Source of the DNA: Bigelowiella natans CCMP2755
Taxonomy: Eukaryota; Protista; Cercozoa
NCBI GenBank assembly: GCA_000320545.1
Contig: ADNK01003454.1
Span: 11,072 to 75,071 of the forward strand
Reading direction: 5' to 3'
DNA: 64,000 nt
The translations under genes were made by a program, and so were the position numbers. Of this stretch, positions 27,071 through 39,886 are shown piece after piece. Every line of letters starts with the position of its first letter. The first letter of the stretch is position 1. The notes under the pieces were generated by a model. That model did not search any database. It saw nothing but the letters and a program-made list of their open reading frames with translations, and was not told where the DNA came from.

Positions 27071-28750
27071 AGGCACAGCTTTCATGTGACAGTGCTGTGC
27101 TGCTGCTGTTGGTCATTGGAACCAAAAGTGATCAGAGAAAATCCAGAGAAACCACTTGCGACGCTGTCCACAAGCTTCCGCGAACACCCGCACTGGCACA
27201 GCACAACACCCAGACACGAAGCTGACGTTGATGCCACGAATGTTTTGCACGTCGTGCGCATCGCCAGGTTTGTGACACTCTGGCTAGCTGGACATTGCGA
27301 TGCGCTTGCCGTGCGCTGATGGTCCAGTGGTGCAATTGTCCCTCTGCGCCGCGCTTGCGCCCGCAACACGTCGCGCAACATCGGAACAATTGACGGAAAG
27401 TGTGAACCTTTGATGAACACCATTGAACATCAAACAATTGGCATCAGTGTCAATCCCCATTGACACTGAGGATGCAGGATCATCTGCACAATCACCGGCG
27501 CCGTCGCCGGTGTGATTCCTGCCTGGTCTCAACAATTGCGAATGCCAGAACTCCGTCTGAAACATCACCCGATTGGGCAACACCCTCTCGACGCTGTCTT
27601 GCCTCTCCCCACCTCGCACCGACACCTCCCTGGGGTCGTTGCTTGCTCTTCGTCCTCTTCGCATCTCTGCCTCCACTTCCTTTCGGCCCACCGCCGTTCA
27701 GTTCGATCACGGAGGTGTGATTGCCGTTTGCCAACTGCAATCCCCTCCGTTCACTTCCCTCTCTGTCGGTCTCCTAGACTTGATTTGACACGGAGGCAAT
27801 CCCCTCCGTTCGCTTCCCTCTGTGTCGATTGAACGGAGGCAATCCCCTCCGTTTGATCCCCTCCCTGTTGACCATTTGTTGATGACAATGACAAACTTGC
27901 TGCTCCTGTCGCAGCCCCCTTTGGCAACCAACTTGTTGCCCCCGCACCATTGCGACAACCGCTTGTCGCAATGTGATGATGACCACAATGATGATGACCG
28001 CAACGACAACCGCTCGTCGTGAAGCCGGTCACGTCCCAAGCGCCCCCCACCAACGGGCCGCCAAACAGGCGCCAATGTGGGCGCCAATGCAACCAAACAG
28101 GCGCCAATGTGGGCGCCAACGTGACGACAACAGGCGCCCACAAGCGCCACGCCACGTCCGCATGTCCGCCGCAACCAGGCGCGACACGCATGTGCACACG
28201 TGTCAGGATGATGTGCAACTGCAAGTGGTGCACAAGCAACACGGCGCGCGTCCAACACCAGAACCAGAGAACACAAAGCGCAGCACTGCTGCTGCGAACA
28301 AGCACAAAAAAAGGTTGACTTCGGGAACAAACGAAACCACGAAGCACACTCCAGCACTGGAGAGGGAGAAAGGATCGTTGGACACCACTTCGTCTGACAC
28401 AACACAGAAAATGTCGTGCACTTCCAGACTTGAACCGTGAAAACGTTGAACTTGAATTGACAACATTGAGAGTGCACTCTTCCAACACCAGAGTGCAAGA
28501 ACGTTCTCCATTCCAAGCATTGCTTCCTCGAACCGACGTGATGATTGCTCATGGCCCTGGCAACAACACACCGGAGGTGCAAGAGACTCAATCCACAAAT
28601 GAAAGTCACAACCGTGGACCATTGCAGACAGGACAATTTGCTGACGAACACGTTGAACTTCGCATCGGTGCTGAACCCACACGAGCAAGAACCACTGCGA
28701 CAAAAGGATTGGCATGAAGCAGCGCCTGTGCAAACTTCAGGAGAATGAGT
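27071..28750. other. Extreme TpA-free block, probable degenerate repeat/TE-derived DNA
   Basis: Hand count of 2 TpA in 1680 bp, both in CTAG (27284, 27774); zero TpA from 27778 to 28750. Contains internal repeated hairpin motifs and short duplications. Confidence 0.9.
27735..27852. repeat. Three copies of gcaatcccctccgtt; two form hairpins (acggagg-caatcc-cctccgt)
   Basis: Direct inspection of 27737-27751, 27790-27809 and 27832-27853. Confidence 0.8.
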
Positions 28751-31700
28751 GGAGTAGAGAATGTCAGGCGAAAACAGCACTAACGCGAAAGAAATTGGGT
28801 CAATTTTGTGAAATCGCATTTGAATCTAATTTCACCTAAAAGGGGTTTGGAGGAAAAGGAAAAGGAGCTCTTCTTCTACTGTGGGACCCTCTCGGACGCT
28901 AGCTTTTCTTCTTAACTGTCTCTTCCAACGATGCTGTGAGCTTTTCTCATTGTCGCGACTTCAAAACAGCCAGCCTCTCGCCTCAATACAGTCATCGTCC
29001 AAACAATTTTGATCTTGCAAGCAACCAGTCACCAACACGATCCCCCCTTTTCGCAGGCTCTGTGGATCTTCATGGTGCGGATGGCACATGCACAGCATCT
29101 ACAACTCGCAAAAAATGAATCTGGCAGAGAGAAATAGTAAGGAAAAGACAAATATGTTTTTCCTGATACCCTTGTTTGCTTCATGAATTTTGAAGGCAAA
29201 GTGAAACAAGGGAGGAGCTAGTAACTTACTTCAACACTTCAACGATACGATGATTTCCAAAGGCCAACCCGGCCAAGAAGCTGAAAAGTACACAACTTCA
29301 TGACTCATGGAAAAACTAGCACACTCCGGCACTGTTCATGCGGTTGGACTTGAATCCTATGAGAGTCTGCACACGATGTTTGAGATTTCATCACATAGTC
29401 CTCTCATTTTGAAATAATTCTGGCTTATCTTCTCTGATTATAAAGTTATAATTATCCTTCATTTCTTGTTCTGGAAATGTTCAGATTTTTCAAAGATATC
29501 TGGAACTGGAAGGTGATGTCCTTCCATCCGCCATGTACATGTACACGTACATGTTTATACGTGAACATGTTTGTTTGGAGTCGAGGGGAGCCGCATTTTA
29601 AAACCCTGTGTGAAGTGTGAAGATGATGCCTACATGTCACCCATTGCAAATAAGAAATTCTTACTTACTACTGACACTTGTGGATTGCACATGGTTTTGT
29701 TGTTTTTAGGACCCTAATGAGGATAAAAAGATCCCTAAAGCTCCAGTTATTGGGATCCAGATCAACCGCCCCCAAAGGAATCCCACATCTTCAATCAAGA
29801 GGGTGACGTATATTTTGTAATTTGTTGTGTGCTTGAGCCTAAATGAAATGCAGTCATGCCAATTTATAATTTGTGTATTCCCCGTACACATTCATGCTAC
29901 TGTGGTATGTAAATATTAATCATTACAGAATGGTAAGTTTCATAGTGAACTTTTTAGAGTTGTTCCCCCAATCCCCCCCCTTCCCTCCCCACGTTCTAAA
30001 CACTTATCCGAATGTAAATGGAAGAGGGAGTGGGAAGTAACAAATTTTGGCGATTTGAAGAGGGATGGTTGCAATCAGCATTTCTAATCACGGTAACGAT
30101 TGGTTTTCTCTTTATGCAGCCTATGGGAGAGTGTGACGTTAGGAACTGCTCACTAGCATTTCCGTACAATTTGGAAGTCAGGAATCTTCGCATGAAAATT
30201 GAGGAGGAGAAGTATGATGCATTTATGCTTAGATACATTCACACATTTGTTTGTTCGCGCTTCATACAATTTTGAAACTGAAATATGCAATATGAGACTT
30301 GTAAACTATCTAGGAGAGTGTTTTGGACGTAACTACGATAGTGCATTGCAATCATACCATCACACCTTACAAATCAGTCATACAAAACTTTTTTCCAGCT
30401 TTCTGAACACCAAAACCAAAACATTTTGAACTTAATCATGAATTTTGTGATCTAGAAACATGGCGAGAGTTCAGTACAGAGAAAAAAACATAACGACAAT
30501 GTCCTGTCCTAGATGTGAGAAGAATCTTAGTATAGTTAAAATTCGTCAAGACAAAACTACCCAAACTCCAAAACAAGGTTGGATGATCCTTTGTAACGAG
30601 GATCAATACATGCTTCCGAAACATGTTATAAACATTAGGAAAGAAGATTATAATTTGGTAAACTCCAACGACCTTATCAGTCTAGTAGAATACCTAACAA
30701 GCAGAACATCAGTTTTCACATTTCAAACCTCTGCGTGTTGTTTTGTAGAAAATGAATGAGGTAGTGTTCATGATATAACAATCGTCAACGCATTATCTAC
30801 TTCTCATTTTTTACTTCTCATTATTACTTCTCATTGTATGTATGGTCAACGTTCCATACGTAGGATTGTGCACACGAACTTTGACCCGCCACTTTCTGAA
30901 CTCATGTGCAAGGTGGAAGATGATGTGTTGATTGCAATTTTACATTTTTATGTTCAGTTACAGTACACAGTTTGTATCTACAGAACAGTAAATAAGTCAG
31001 ATTTCATTTTGCAGGTTTAATCAAATTTTTTGAGATACACAGCTCTTTAATTCGGGATTATTCTTTCTAGCCTACATGATGTAGTGTGTAGAAAACCATT
31101 TAGAGCACTTCGAACTCTGAAACACAAATTGCGCAATTAATACCATCTTATTATTGACTGTATAGTCCTGGAACATATCTAGGAGCCATAAACTTTGTTA
31201 AGATGTTTCAAAGTACGTTGCCCAGATTGCCCAGTGTTGTTTTTTTCACATACTTCATTGTCCATGCTAGCGATAATAATGAATATAATGAACATGACCA
31301 TTTACATTATACTTCTGGTGGCTAACATAACAATTCCCACAATTTACATTGCTGTGTTCTGTTATGATAACAAAACTGATAACAAAACAGGACATCAATA
31401 TTTTCAGCAAAGAGCATCCAACGCATATCAACCCACCGCAGCAGTTATCCCCACCTGCAGTACAGTATCAGGGGCAAGAGCCGTTGCTGGTTCTAATAAT
31501 CTGCATGCCCAAAACAATGGCTTGGCTAGCAACATGGAAGTAGAGGGATGTGAGCCAAATCCGATAAGGAATAATTTGCATACCCTCTCACCGGCTTTAC
31601 AGAATCAGCATCCTCCTCCTTACCGATGGCTAACACGTCAACAAGGATTTCAAAATGGATTTGCTTCTTCTGTAAGCATTTCATACATTAACACACAAGC

Positions 31701-31759
31701 ACCCCCCCCCATCACCCGCTGCTAATCCTCGACATCGTCAACCGTGTATTGGACGAAGA

Positions 31760-32127
31760 ATGGTGGGACGCCGACGCCAAGACGGCGAATTGAAGGTCAA
31801 GCAGCAGCAGGGATTGAGTATGAATGCCGGTCCTCGTAGGGAACGCAATCGCACCTTTAGGCGCAATCAGCTGCAACAACAGCAGCAGAATAATACATCC
31901 TACAAATTACAGAGTAGCCCTGTACATATCTATTCCAGAAAGGACGACAACTTTAGTGACATAGCTCAGGAGGATTCTACACACACACAATCTAGTGATT
32001 CACGAAGGGTACAAGTAGTGTCTTTAGCGCATGACCAAAAGGAAGGGAATTAACAGAAGAAGCAAGAGGGGGAAATGTTGTGTGAATGTGTATATGTATC
32101 TCTCTCTCTCTCTCTCTCTCTCTCGAT

Positions 32128-32166
<39 letters not shown>

Positions 32167-35100
32167 ATAAAAACACAAATACAAACACAATTTTTTGATT
32201 TTTTGTCTCTTTATCTGTGTCTAATGGACTTCAATCAGAAGTGGAAGGGGATTGGGAAGATGAAAATTTTTAAGAAAACCGTACAATATTGCGAATCTAA
32301 TGAACTGATAATGGTTTTTTATATTGCAGGCAGCACTAACAACACAGGTGTTGTCGTCATCAGCAAGTTCAACTACGGCCACACCACGCACCGCTGCGAG
32401 CCAAATGTTTGCTTCAAGCTTTGATACTTCTGTTATATTCAATCTCCATGTCACATTCCTTATCCGAGAGACAGGGTGAGGCGCAATACATACAAATGTG
32501 GAGATCCGTGAGAATATGCGAGCATGCGTAGGTGTAAATACAAAAACAAACATTGTTCATAAATCACACCATCACATCTCTAAAATAAAAGTTATCCTAA
32601 CAGTTCTGGTGTGTAATTGCTGTTATAATATAATAGAATATTGGATAGCGTCTATCACGTTCAGAAAATTTTGAAACTTCACGGATCTTCTGTTGAATTA
32701 AAATTCCTTTCAACGGCGGCATCTCAGTCTACCGCAAATGCTGAGTAAACACAGATAAAGAGGAAAGGGAGAGAGGGAGAAGGGGAAGGTGGAGGGCAGA
32801 ATGAGAGGGAAGATGTTTAGTGTCTGTGGTTAGGATTATTGTAATACTAGGAAAAATTTTCTAACATGCTTTTCAACTTGTTCATAGGCAGCATTTGCAG
32901 TCCTCTACATATCAAAGTCTCCCTCCTCACTCTCCAACGGAAAAGAGCACATACGTTGTGGAGATTCGGTTTCCTGGGAAAAACTACAACGATATAGCAG
33001 ATCGCCAAAGCTGCGAAAGATGTGTAGCTGCCGCATTCAAAAAGGTGAGAAGAACACTAGTATTCATTTTGGAAGTTTTTAAATCTGCTACTATTACTAT
33101 CGGTCTATAGTACAATTTACCAGTAACAATATATTCAATTCTGACACGAAAGGCCAAAATTCCGTGGTCTTGCGTGCGGCATTATACTACCCGTCCTGGG
33201 TCTATTATTTGGGTAATATTAAATAGTTTCTCCTCATTCTATTATGCTGGGCTTGATGACAACCATTACATGCTTGCATCATGTAGCACAATTTTCATAC
33301 ATCCAAATCATAGTATATAGCGCAGCTAATGTCATTTCGTTACCAGAGGAGCTCACTAAAATTTGCTAGTGTTCTTACGTTACATTATGATAAAATAATG
33401 TTGCTAAATTCTTGCACGTCCTCCACAAACTTACGTAATTCCTGATATTTGACACACACAATATGAATAGACATTGCTTCTATTCTTCATGGAGGCAGAT
33501 CAGGACGAAGTATTGACCAGACTCGATGCCCTCAAGCAATTCAGTACTTATCGCATGGTTGGGGAGCTACAAAGCGAATATACACCCCAAGTTACCATTG
33601 TCCCTGCAGAAGACTATTCATCTATGTCGTCATTTGTGCCATCCTCCTCATCCTCCGCATTATCATTGGACCCCCCGGACTCATCAGAAGAGATAATTGC
33701 AGAGTTTGAGTGGCGAGTTTCCACTTCCAAAGTTCAATACCAACGTTTGTGCCGTCTCTTTGAAGCCAAAGGAATCGTGAATACGCTGTTGCAAAACAGA
33801 GGGGTTGGCATAAGAGGAGACCGGGAGAAAGATGATGTTAGCGGAGAAACAAGATTTCCAATGAATAAAAATTGCCTAGCATCCTCATTGCTTCTTCAGC
33901 GTCCACCATTCCATACGATAACGTTTAAAGTAGTTTATCTCGGAAGCTTTTGCAGCGATGACCTTCTTCCGGAGTGCTTGGAGGGGGCTTTACAGTAGTT
34001 CAACAAAAATAGAACCAACCATTTTATTATATATTAATATTTTTTTAAGAAATCTCATCATAAATCCTTAATCAGTTGCTTAGTCGCAATTTGTCCTCTT
34101 CCTCTCCTCCCCCATAACCTATGGTTATGCCACCAGGTTCCCGTGCGATCTTAATGATAATAGTCTTCCATACTCTGTGGGAGATATTATCTTCAATTAT
34201 GCTGGCCTTTTATTCCATAATGGAGATTCAGATGCTTCAGCTGCGTATGTGTCTAGTGCAGAATTTAATTCTCATGACAATCAAAATGGTAGATAGCGGT
34301 AGACTGGAAAGTAGGGGGAAGAGAAAGGGAAGCTGATACACCATATTTTAGCGAGATTGAAAATTGAACTAAAATATCCAGCGAACTAAGATTAGATGGG
34401 AGATCTACATTCTTTTCGATCATCCCCATCGACCGAGCGCCTTAGTGTGAAACTGAAAGTAAGAGTTTGTTTTACAGGATTGATTCAAAACTTCGAGAAG
34501 GTGGCCAATGATAGTACTAGCAGCGAAGAGAAGTGGGATGATGAAGACATTCCAAATTTTCATATCACTAATGGCAACGACACATACGATGATGAAGTCG
34601 ATCGTTGCAACAAATTCGAAGTAAAAATGTCTAGAGTAACCCCTGCTTGTCACGAGCACAGGAATCCTCCTCCTCGTCAGCCTACTTATTACCGCAATAG
34701 CTCGGCATGTATTGAACACTCTTTGTTCCGAAGATCAAGCATTACTTTAAATATTGCTGAAAATATCGATGATAAAATTACCAAGGATTCTTGGCAATCA
34801 TCGAAAACGGAAAAATCTTTCTCATTTTTTGGGTGCGTATGCGACTCTAATTACAGCGACGATGATAATAATCGTATTCCTTCTCGCTCAAAGGCTGCGC
34901 AGATGTCGGATATGGCTATGACGGCAACAGTAGGGCACAGGCGAAATAGATGTCTTTCAGTGAATTCTATTAGTAGTAATGCAGAATATATTCAGCAAAC
35001 TCAGAGTAAGACGAGAACAATGGGAAGCTGGGCAAAGATAATGAAAATGATTTGGGGAAAGAAGAATACAGCTACAAATAAACCATTTAGTACGGATCGG

Positions 35101-35730
35101 TCCATGACGAAACAAAGCGGATATTTGAGACGGGATTTGACGAGAGGTGCAGGAGTATCAACCACTGGCAGCAACACTGTGGTTGGCAGTAGGTGGCAGC
35201 AATACCGCTGTGGAAGCAGCACCGAAGATGACATAAAGCAACGAAGCTTCACCGGGAAAGCAAAAAACCCTAAGAATCTACATCATGAGAGAATTCCAAA
35301 GGGACAGAGCACTGAGACCATGGTGAAGAACACCCAAAATCGAGGACAACGCCCAAACAGCTTTGATGAAGGGCAGAAGAAGGATAAAGATTCAGACGAT
35401 ATTGATTATTGCCGTAAAGCTTATCAGCAACTTCATGCAAATGGGATTGTAAAAAACTATAGCATGTTTTGTGATAAGAGACCTCATTTAGTACCCATTC
35501 GGGCTGTCTCTCACGCTGTGGCTTCTGAAACCATCAAGCCCGAAGTAGAGATCAGCTCTACTAAACCCAGCATCACTATCACAGCATCAGGTCTAACCGC
35601 TACGGGTGGTAGCGGATGGGGAGATGGAAAAGTATCTGTAATAGACGGCTCTACAGCAGGGATAGTTGGAGGAGATAGTAACAATTACATTAAGCAGGTG
35701 GTACCACACGAGTCGCATGGTGGAAGGTAG
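31760..35730 (+). CDS. Multi-exon hypothetical protein with a long low-complexity last exon
   Basis: Phase-consistent GT-AG chain from MVGRRRQ... through LHVTFLIRETG|ILDSVYH..., YVVEIRFPGK..., TLLLFFMEAD...EGALQ|FPCDLND... into the 444-codon ORF 34396-35730. No domain recognised. Confidence 0.6.
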
Positions 35731-35799
35731 TAATGGATTTATGTGGTCATAGGTGGATCTTTAATCTTGTGTGTTAATATGACATACTTGCTACAACAT

Positions 35800-35814
35800 T
35801 CAGTGTTTATTGCA

Positions 35815-35847
<33 letters not shown>

Positions 35848-37620
35848 ATTTAGCAGTGAATGCAACGAGTACATGTTGCACACTCAATCAATGCTACACC
35901 TAAATAGGAAGACATAATTGTGAGATGTTACAATGATGAGTGTACAGCATGGCAAGGCTAAGGCATTCCGCTACCAACATCTTGACGAAGTGCACAGTCT
36001 AGATCATTATGCACACCATTGCACATGCACAATAAATGTCATGGATAATTGTGGATGCAGTGAATATCTAGCTCTAGCTCAACGTCATCATTAGCATTGC
36101 ATGCTGGCATGCATGGCGGAAATGACGACGAAAACTCTCTAGCTCTAGCGAAGCGGGTTCTTTTCACTTTGTTCGTGTTCATTCGTGCAATTGAGACAAT
36201 CTAGCAGTGCTAGCAAGCTAGAGTGCACGCTAGCACGACGGCTGCCAACAAGACCAACAAACCCTCTAGCCCTCTAGCTAGCTAGCTAGCTCTAGAGCTA
36301 GCCCTTCCAGCCTTGCGAAGGTGTCTGGGTAGTGCTTCATCTTGCTAGCTTGATTCATGCTAGCATGGGTGTCAAACTAGCTAGCTAGCTCTAGAGCTTG
36401 TTAGCTAGACTGTTCTGGTGTCAGAAGAGACATCACAACTCTAGCTGGGACCGTGCGTGCAACAATGAACAATGAACAATGAACAAAGCGTTGATCAAAA
36501 ACCACACGCGCCAGAACCACATGGGAGACAGAGTGAACAATGATGACGAACTGCATTTCCAAAACGTTGCAAGACACTTGCAGTGAAACAATGAAACAAT
36601 GAAACAATGAAACAATGATGAAGAACAGCGTTTCCAAAGTGTTGCAAGACGTTTGCAGTGTGCAAAGTGCAGTGCCTCGAACTGGCTTCAGTGAGGACTG
36701 TGACCAGCAAATCAACCAGCAGGTTTGCCAAAAAGGCATGCTAGCATGACTTGGTCATTGGGAAGCAATGACACCAGCGGCAAAATTCTGACGGCGCAAG
36801 ACCTCCACTCTGAGCAAAAACTTCCTGAAGGCCATGTCCACACGACGATCTGCGTTTGGATCACCTGAGGGGGCCCCCAGCAGAACTTTGGTTTTGGAGG
36901 AGTCTGGAGCGTCAAAGAATGAAGAGTGGAGGGAAGAAGCTGAACCCAGAGCCAACCTCATGTGCGAGAGAAGTTTGCATCTCTCTGCATTCAAGTGAAT
37001 GCAATGATGGATGAGGTGGTTGACACTTTGAGCAACTTCAGCATTGCAAAGAGGACACACCGAGGAAGAGGGGGGCAAATTGTGAACTTTGGCCCTGTGC
37101 TCTTCAGTTTCGTGAGTCCCAGCGAGCGGAGCTGAAGTTTGAGCAACACTCCTGAATTGTCATGCCAATCATCAAGATGACACTCAAACAATCTGGAAGC
37201 TGGCCTTCCAATGTGGCTCTTCGCCCAGAAACAATGAAACAATGAAACAATGATGAAAAACCACACTTCCAAAGTGTTGCAAGACACTTGCAGCGTGCAA
37301 AATGCAGTGCCTCGAACTGGTTTCAGTGAGGACTGTGACTAGCAAATCAACTAGCTGGTTTGCCAAAATGGCATGACTTGGTCATTGGGAAGCAATGACA
37401 CCAGCGGCAAAATTCTGACGGCGCAAGACCTCCACTCTGAGCAAAAACTTCCTGAAGGCCATGTCCACATGACGATCTACGATTGGATCATCTGAGGGGG
37501 CCCCCAGCAGAATTTTGGTTTTGGAGGAGTCTGGAGCGTCAAAGAATGAAGAGTGGCGGGAAGAAGCTGAACCCAGAGCTGATCTCATGTGGCTCTGGGT
37601 TTGCAGTGTGATGACCGGGA
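35800..37620. other. TpA-depleted block with CTAG-saturated left margin
   Basis: 5 TpA in 36421-37620 (4 CTAG, 1 CTAC). In 36066-36420 every TA is in TAG, mostly CTAG. Confidence 0.9.
36460..37592 (-). mobile_element. Two tandem 5'-truncated non-LTR retrotransposon (LINE) 3' ends plus a third tail remnant
   Basis: Direct repeat of about 380 bp (36585-36965 vs 37228-37592). Encodes a C-terminal CCHC motif CPLCNAEVAQSVNHLIHHC typical of LINE ORF2, followed by a 3' UTR and (CATTGTTT)n or (CATTGTT)n tails. Confidence 0.8.
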
Positions 37621-37890
37621 GCACATTGGGACTACAGTGACTACTAACCCGTTACTACCCGATTTCCATATTAAAACCGGGAGTACATTGGGACTAACCG
37701 TCACTACCCTAAAGCAGCTCACACAGAAGAAGAGTGTCACCTCCTCCCTCCTCCTCCTCACTGCTCTGCCTACGGATGATACGCAGGGGAGCGAATTCGA
37801 CACAACCCAGCCCTATGGAATGCTCGTGAAGTCCTCTACAAAAATGGAGGAGTGTAACAGGATCTTTCGTCAACATCAACCTCAGAATGG

Positions 37891-38016
37891 ATGATGATGT
37901 TAAGGAAGAGCAACAGCAAGAGCAACAGGCCGAGGGAAAGAATGAGCAATTCTCATCACCAAACAAACGGCTACATTGTATTCCTCATTTTGTTCGTTCT
38001 TTCTGCTATGACCCCG

Positions 38017-38070
<54 letters not shown>

Positions 38071-39511
38071 ATAGCAGTATTTGGTACAAAGTACTTTATA
38101 AACAGCAATTTGGATGATGTTGTGTGGTGGACAACAACCTACTAATTGTATGATTGACTGGACAAACAGCTTGAAACATATTCATAGTTGTGGTAGTAAT
38201 GAAGCATATTTAACATCAACACGCTGGCATCATGTTCATTAACATTATTATCCGTGGTCTTCTTCCATACTTATCAAATCCATACAGCATCACCATTGTA
38301 ATAATCCAATACTACTACTGCTACTACTACTATTACTACTACTACTACTTACTACTACTACTTACTACTGCTGCTACTGCTACTACTACTACCACTACTA
38401 CCAGGAAATAATCTCAAGGAATCGACGAAAAAACTATCACTTGAATAGTAGTAGTACCCTCAGCAGCAGCAGCAGCAGCAGCAGCCAGGCATTAGCGACA
38501 AGGAAGATTGTTCCAGGCGAAATGATAAGAAGAGGGGTTTCAGTAGTAGGCTGTATGCAACGAAGAGAACAACAGCGTCCTGGTGCAATGCGGATGATAA
38601 ACTACCTTCGTGGCGGGATAAAGTTTATTAGAGGAAGGAAGCGTATCTCTTCTTCTTCTTCTAGCTATAACAGCCGTCGTTTTGATGGCATCAGAAAGAC
38701 TACATTGCTTCGATTCGTAAGTTTCTTGTCGCCATCGTCGTCGAAATCCTCGAGGAAAACAATGCGCCCTCCTCACATACTACTTCGCTGTCTAGGTGAT
38801 TACTCGAAAGACTTTTTGTTTCGTAATATTTTGGTTTTGGGGAATATGTTGTGATAGTAGTGATGATTATGTTGTGATACGTATGCATAATGCCTGTTAG
38901 AGCTGCGTGGAGGATTGTCAAGATCTGATAAACTCCTACTTGAGAAAGCTGGTCTTGGAGCTGCAGAGATCTTTGGCCACAGTGGGGGTAGTAGTAGTAG
39001 TAGTAGCTGAAGGAATAATTTATTTACGATGTCTGTCCTTGTTTAAAGGAGAGAGAAAGCTATGATCGAATATACCTCTTCATCGTCTTTGCGTTCATAT
39101 TGCTGGTTCTTCACATATGAAGTATAGCCACACTCTAAAAAAGATCTTATATCTAGCTCAATTGAAAGAGTGCTACTTCTGTTATTCACGACTAGTCCGT
39201 AGGTTGTTGTCGTTATCGTCTTCTATGTTTTTATTCCCCTCATACCTCTGCTGATGTTTGCAATTGGTATTCTTGAAGATAACGAAACTCTTAGCAATGC
39301 CGAGAGAAAGTGGTTGATGCAGGTGCTACTTACTAATAGATCTATCTATAGCTGTGCCTGCTCTATTCCAATCGATTGGCAACTTCATGATCGTTGTTTC
39401 TTTTACTCTTGTGACAAATTATTCAAGGATGATCTGTTACTAATCGTAATGATGGTATTGATGATAATGATGATAACTGTGTTCATCATTGATGTGCGCT
39501 TCTTGGTTTTC

Positions 39512-39558
<47 letters not shown>

Positions 39559-39846
39559 CCATCTCTCTCTCCCTCCCATTCTCAAATACAGCTGACTTCT
39601 GATATTGATATGGCTGCTATACGGAATATGTCTGCGGAAGATCGGATGCAAGCGTAATACTTGCTTGTAATCGATGATGCCAATTAATAATAAATAGCAT
39701 CATCAAATATTAGAGCAAAGCAGCCAATCCATAAGCTATATGTACTACTACCATTACTCGATGATGATGATGATGATGATGTTAATGATGATGATGATGG
39801 TTTTATCTTTTCCTTCCATGATTACAACGACGATCATGATAGTTAG

Positions 39847-39886
<40 letters not shown>

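Noticed and set aside
27082-28819. Many long overlapping ORFs in all six frames (also at 2.9-3.6, 36.4-37.6 and 54.1-55.5 kb)
   Set aside because: Expected artefact of losing TAA/TAG stops with TpA. Translations are Cys/His/Gln-rich, almost Tyr-free, and show no recognisable domains apart from the LINE CCHC.
30018-30275. FWRFEEGW motif reminiscent of L1-type LINE ORF2
   Set aside because: No adjacent endonuclease or RT motifs; too short to support.
35800-37620. CpG-methylation decay or fungal-type RIP as the cause of CATG/TGCA/CTAG excess
   Set aside because: CpG is plentiful in the blocks and TpA is lost rather than gained, which is the opposite of RIP and 5mC decay.
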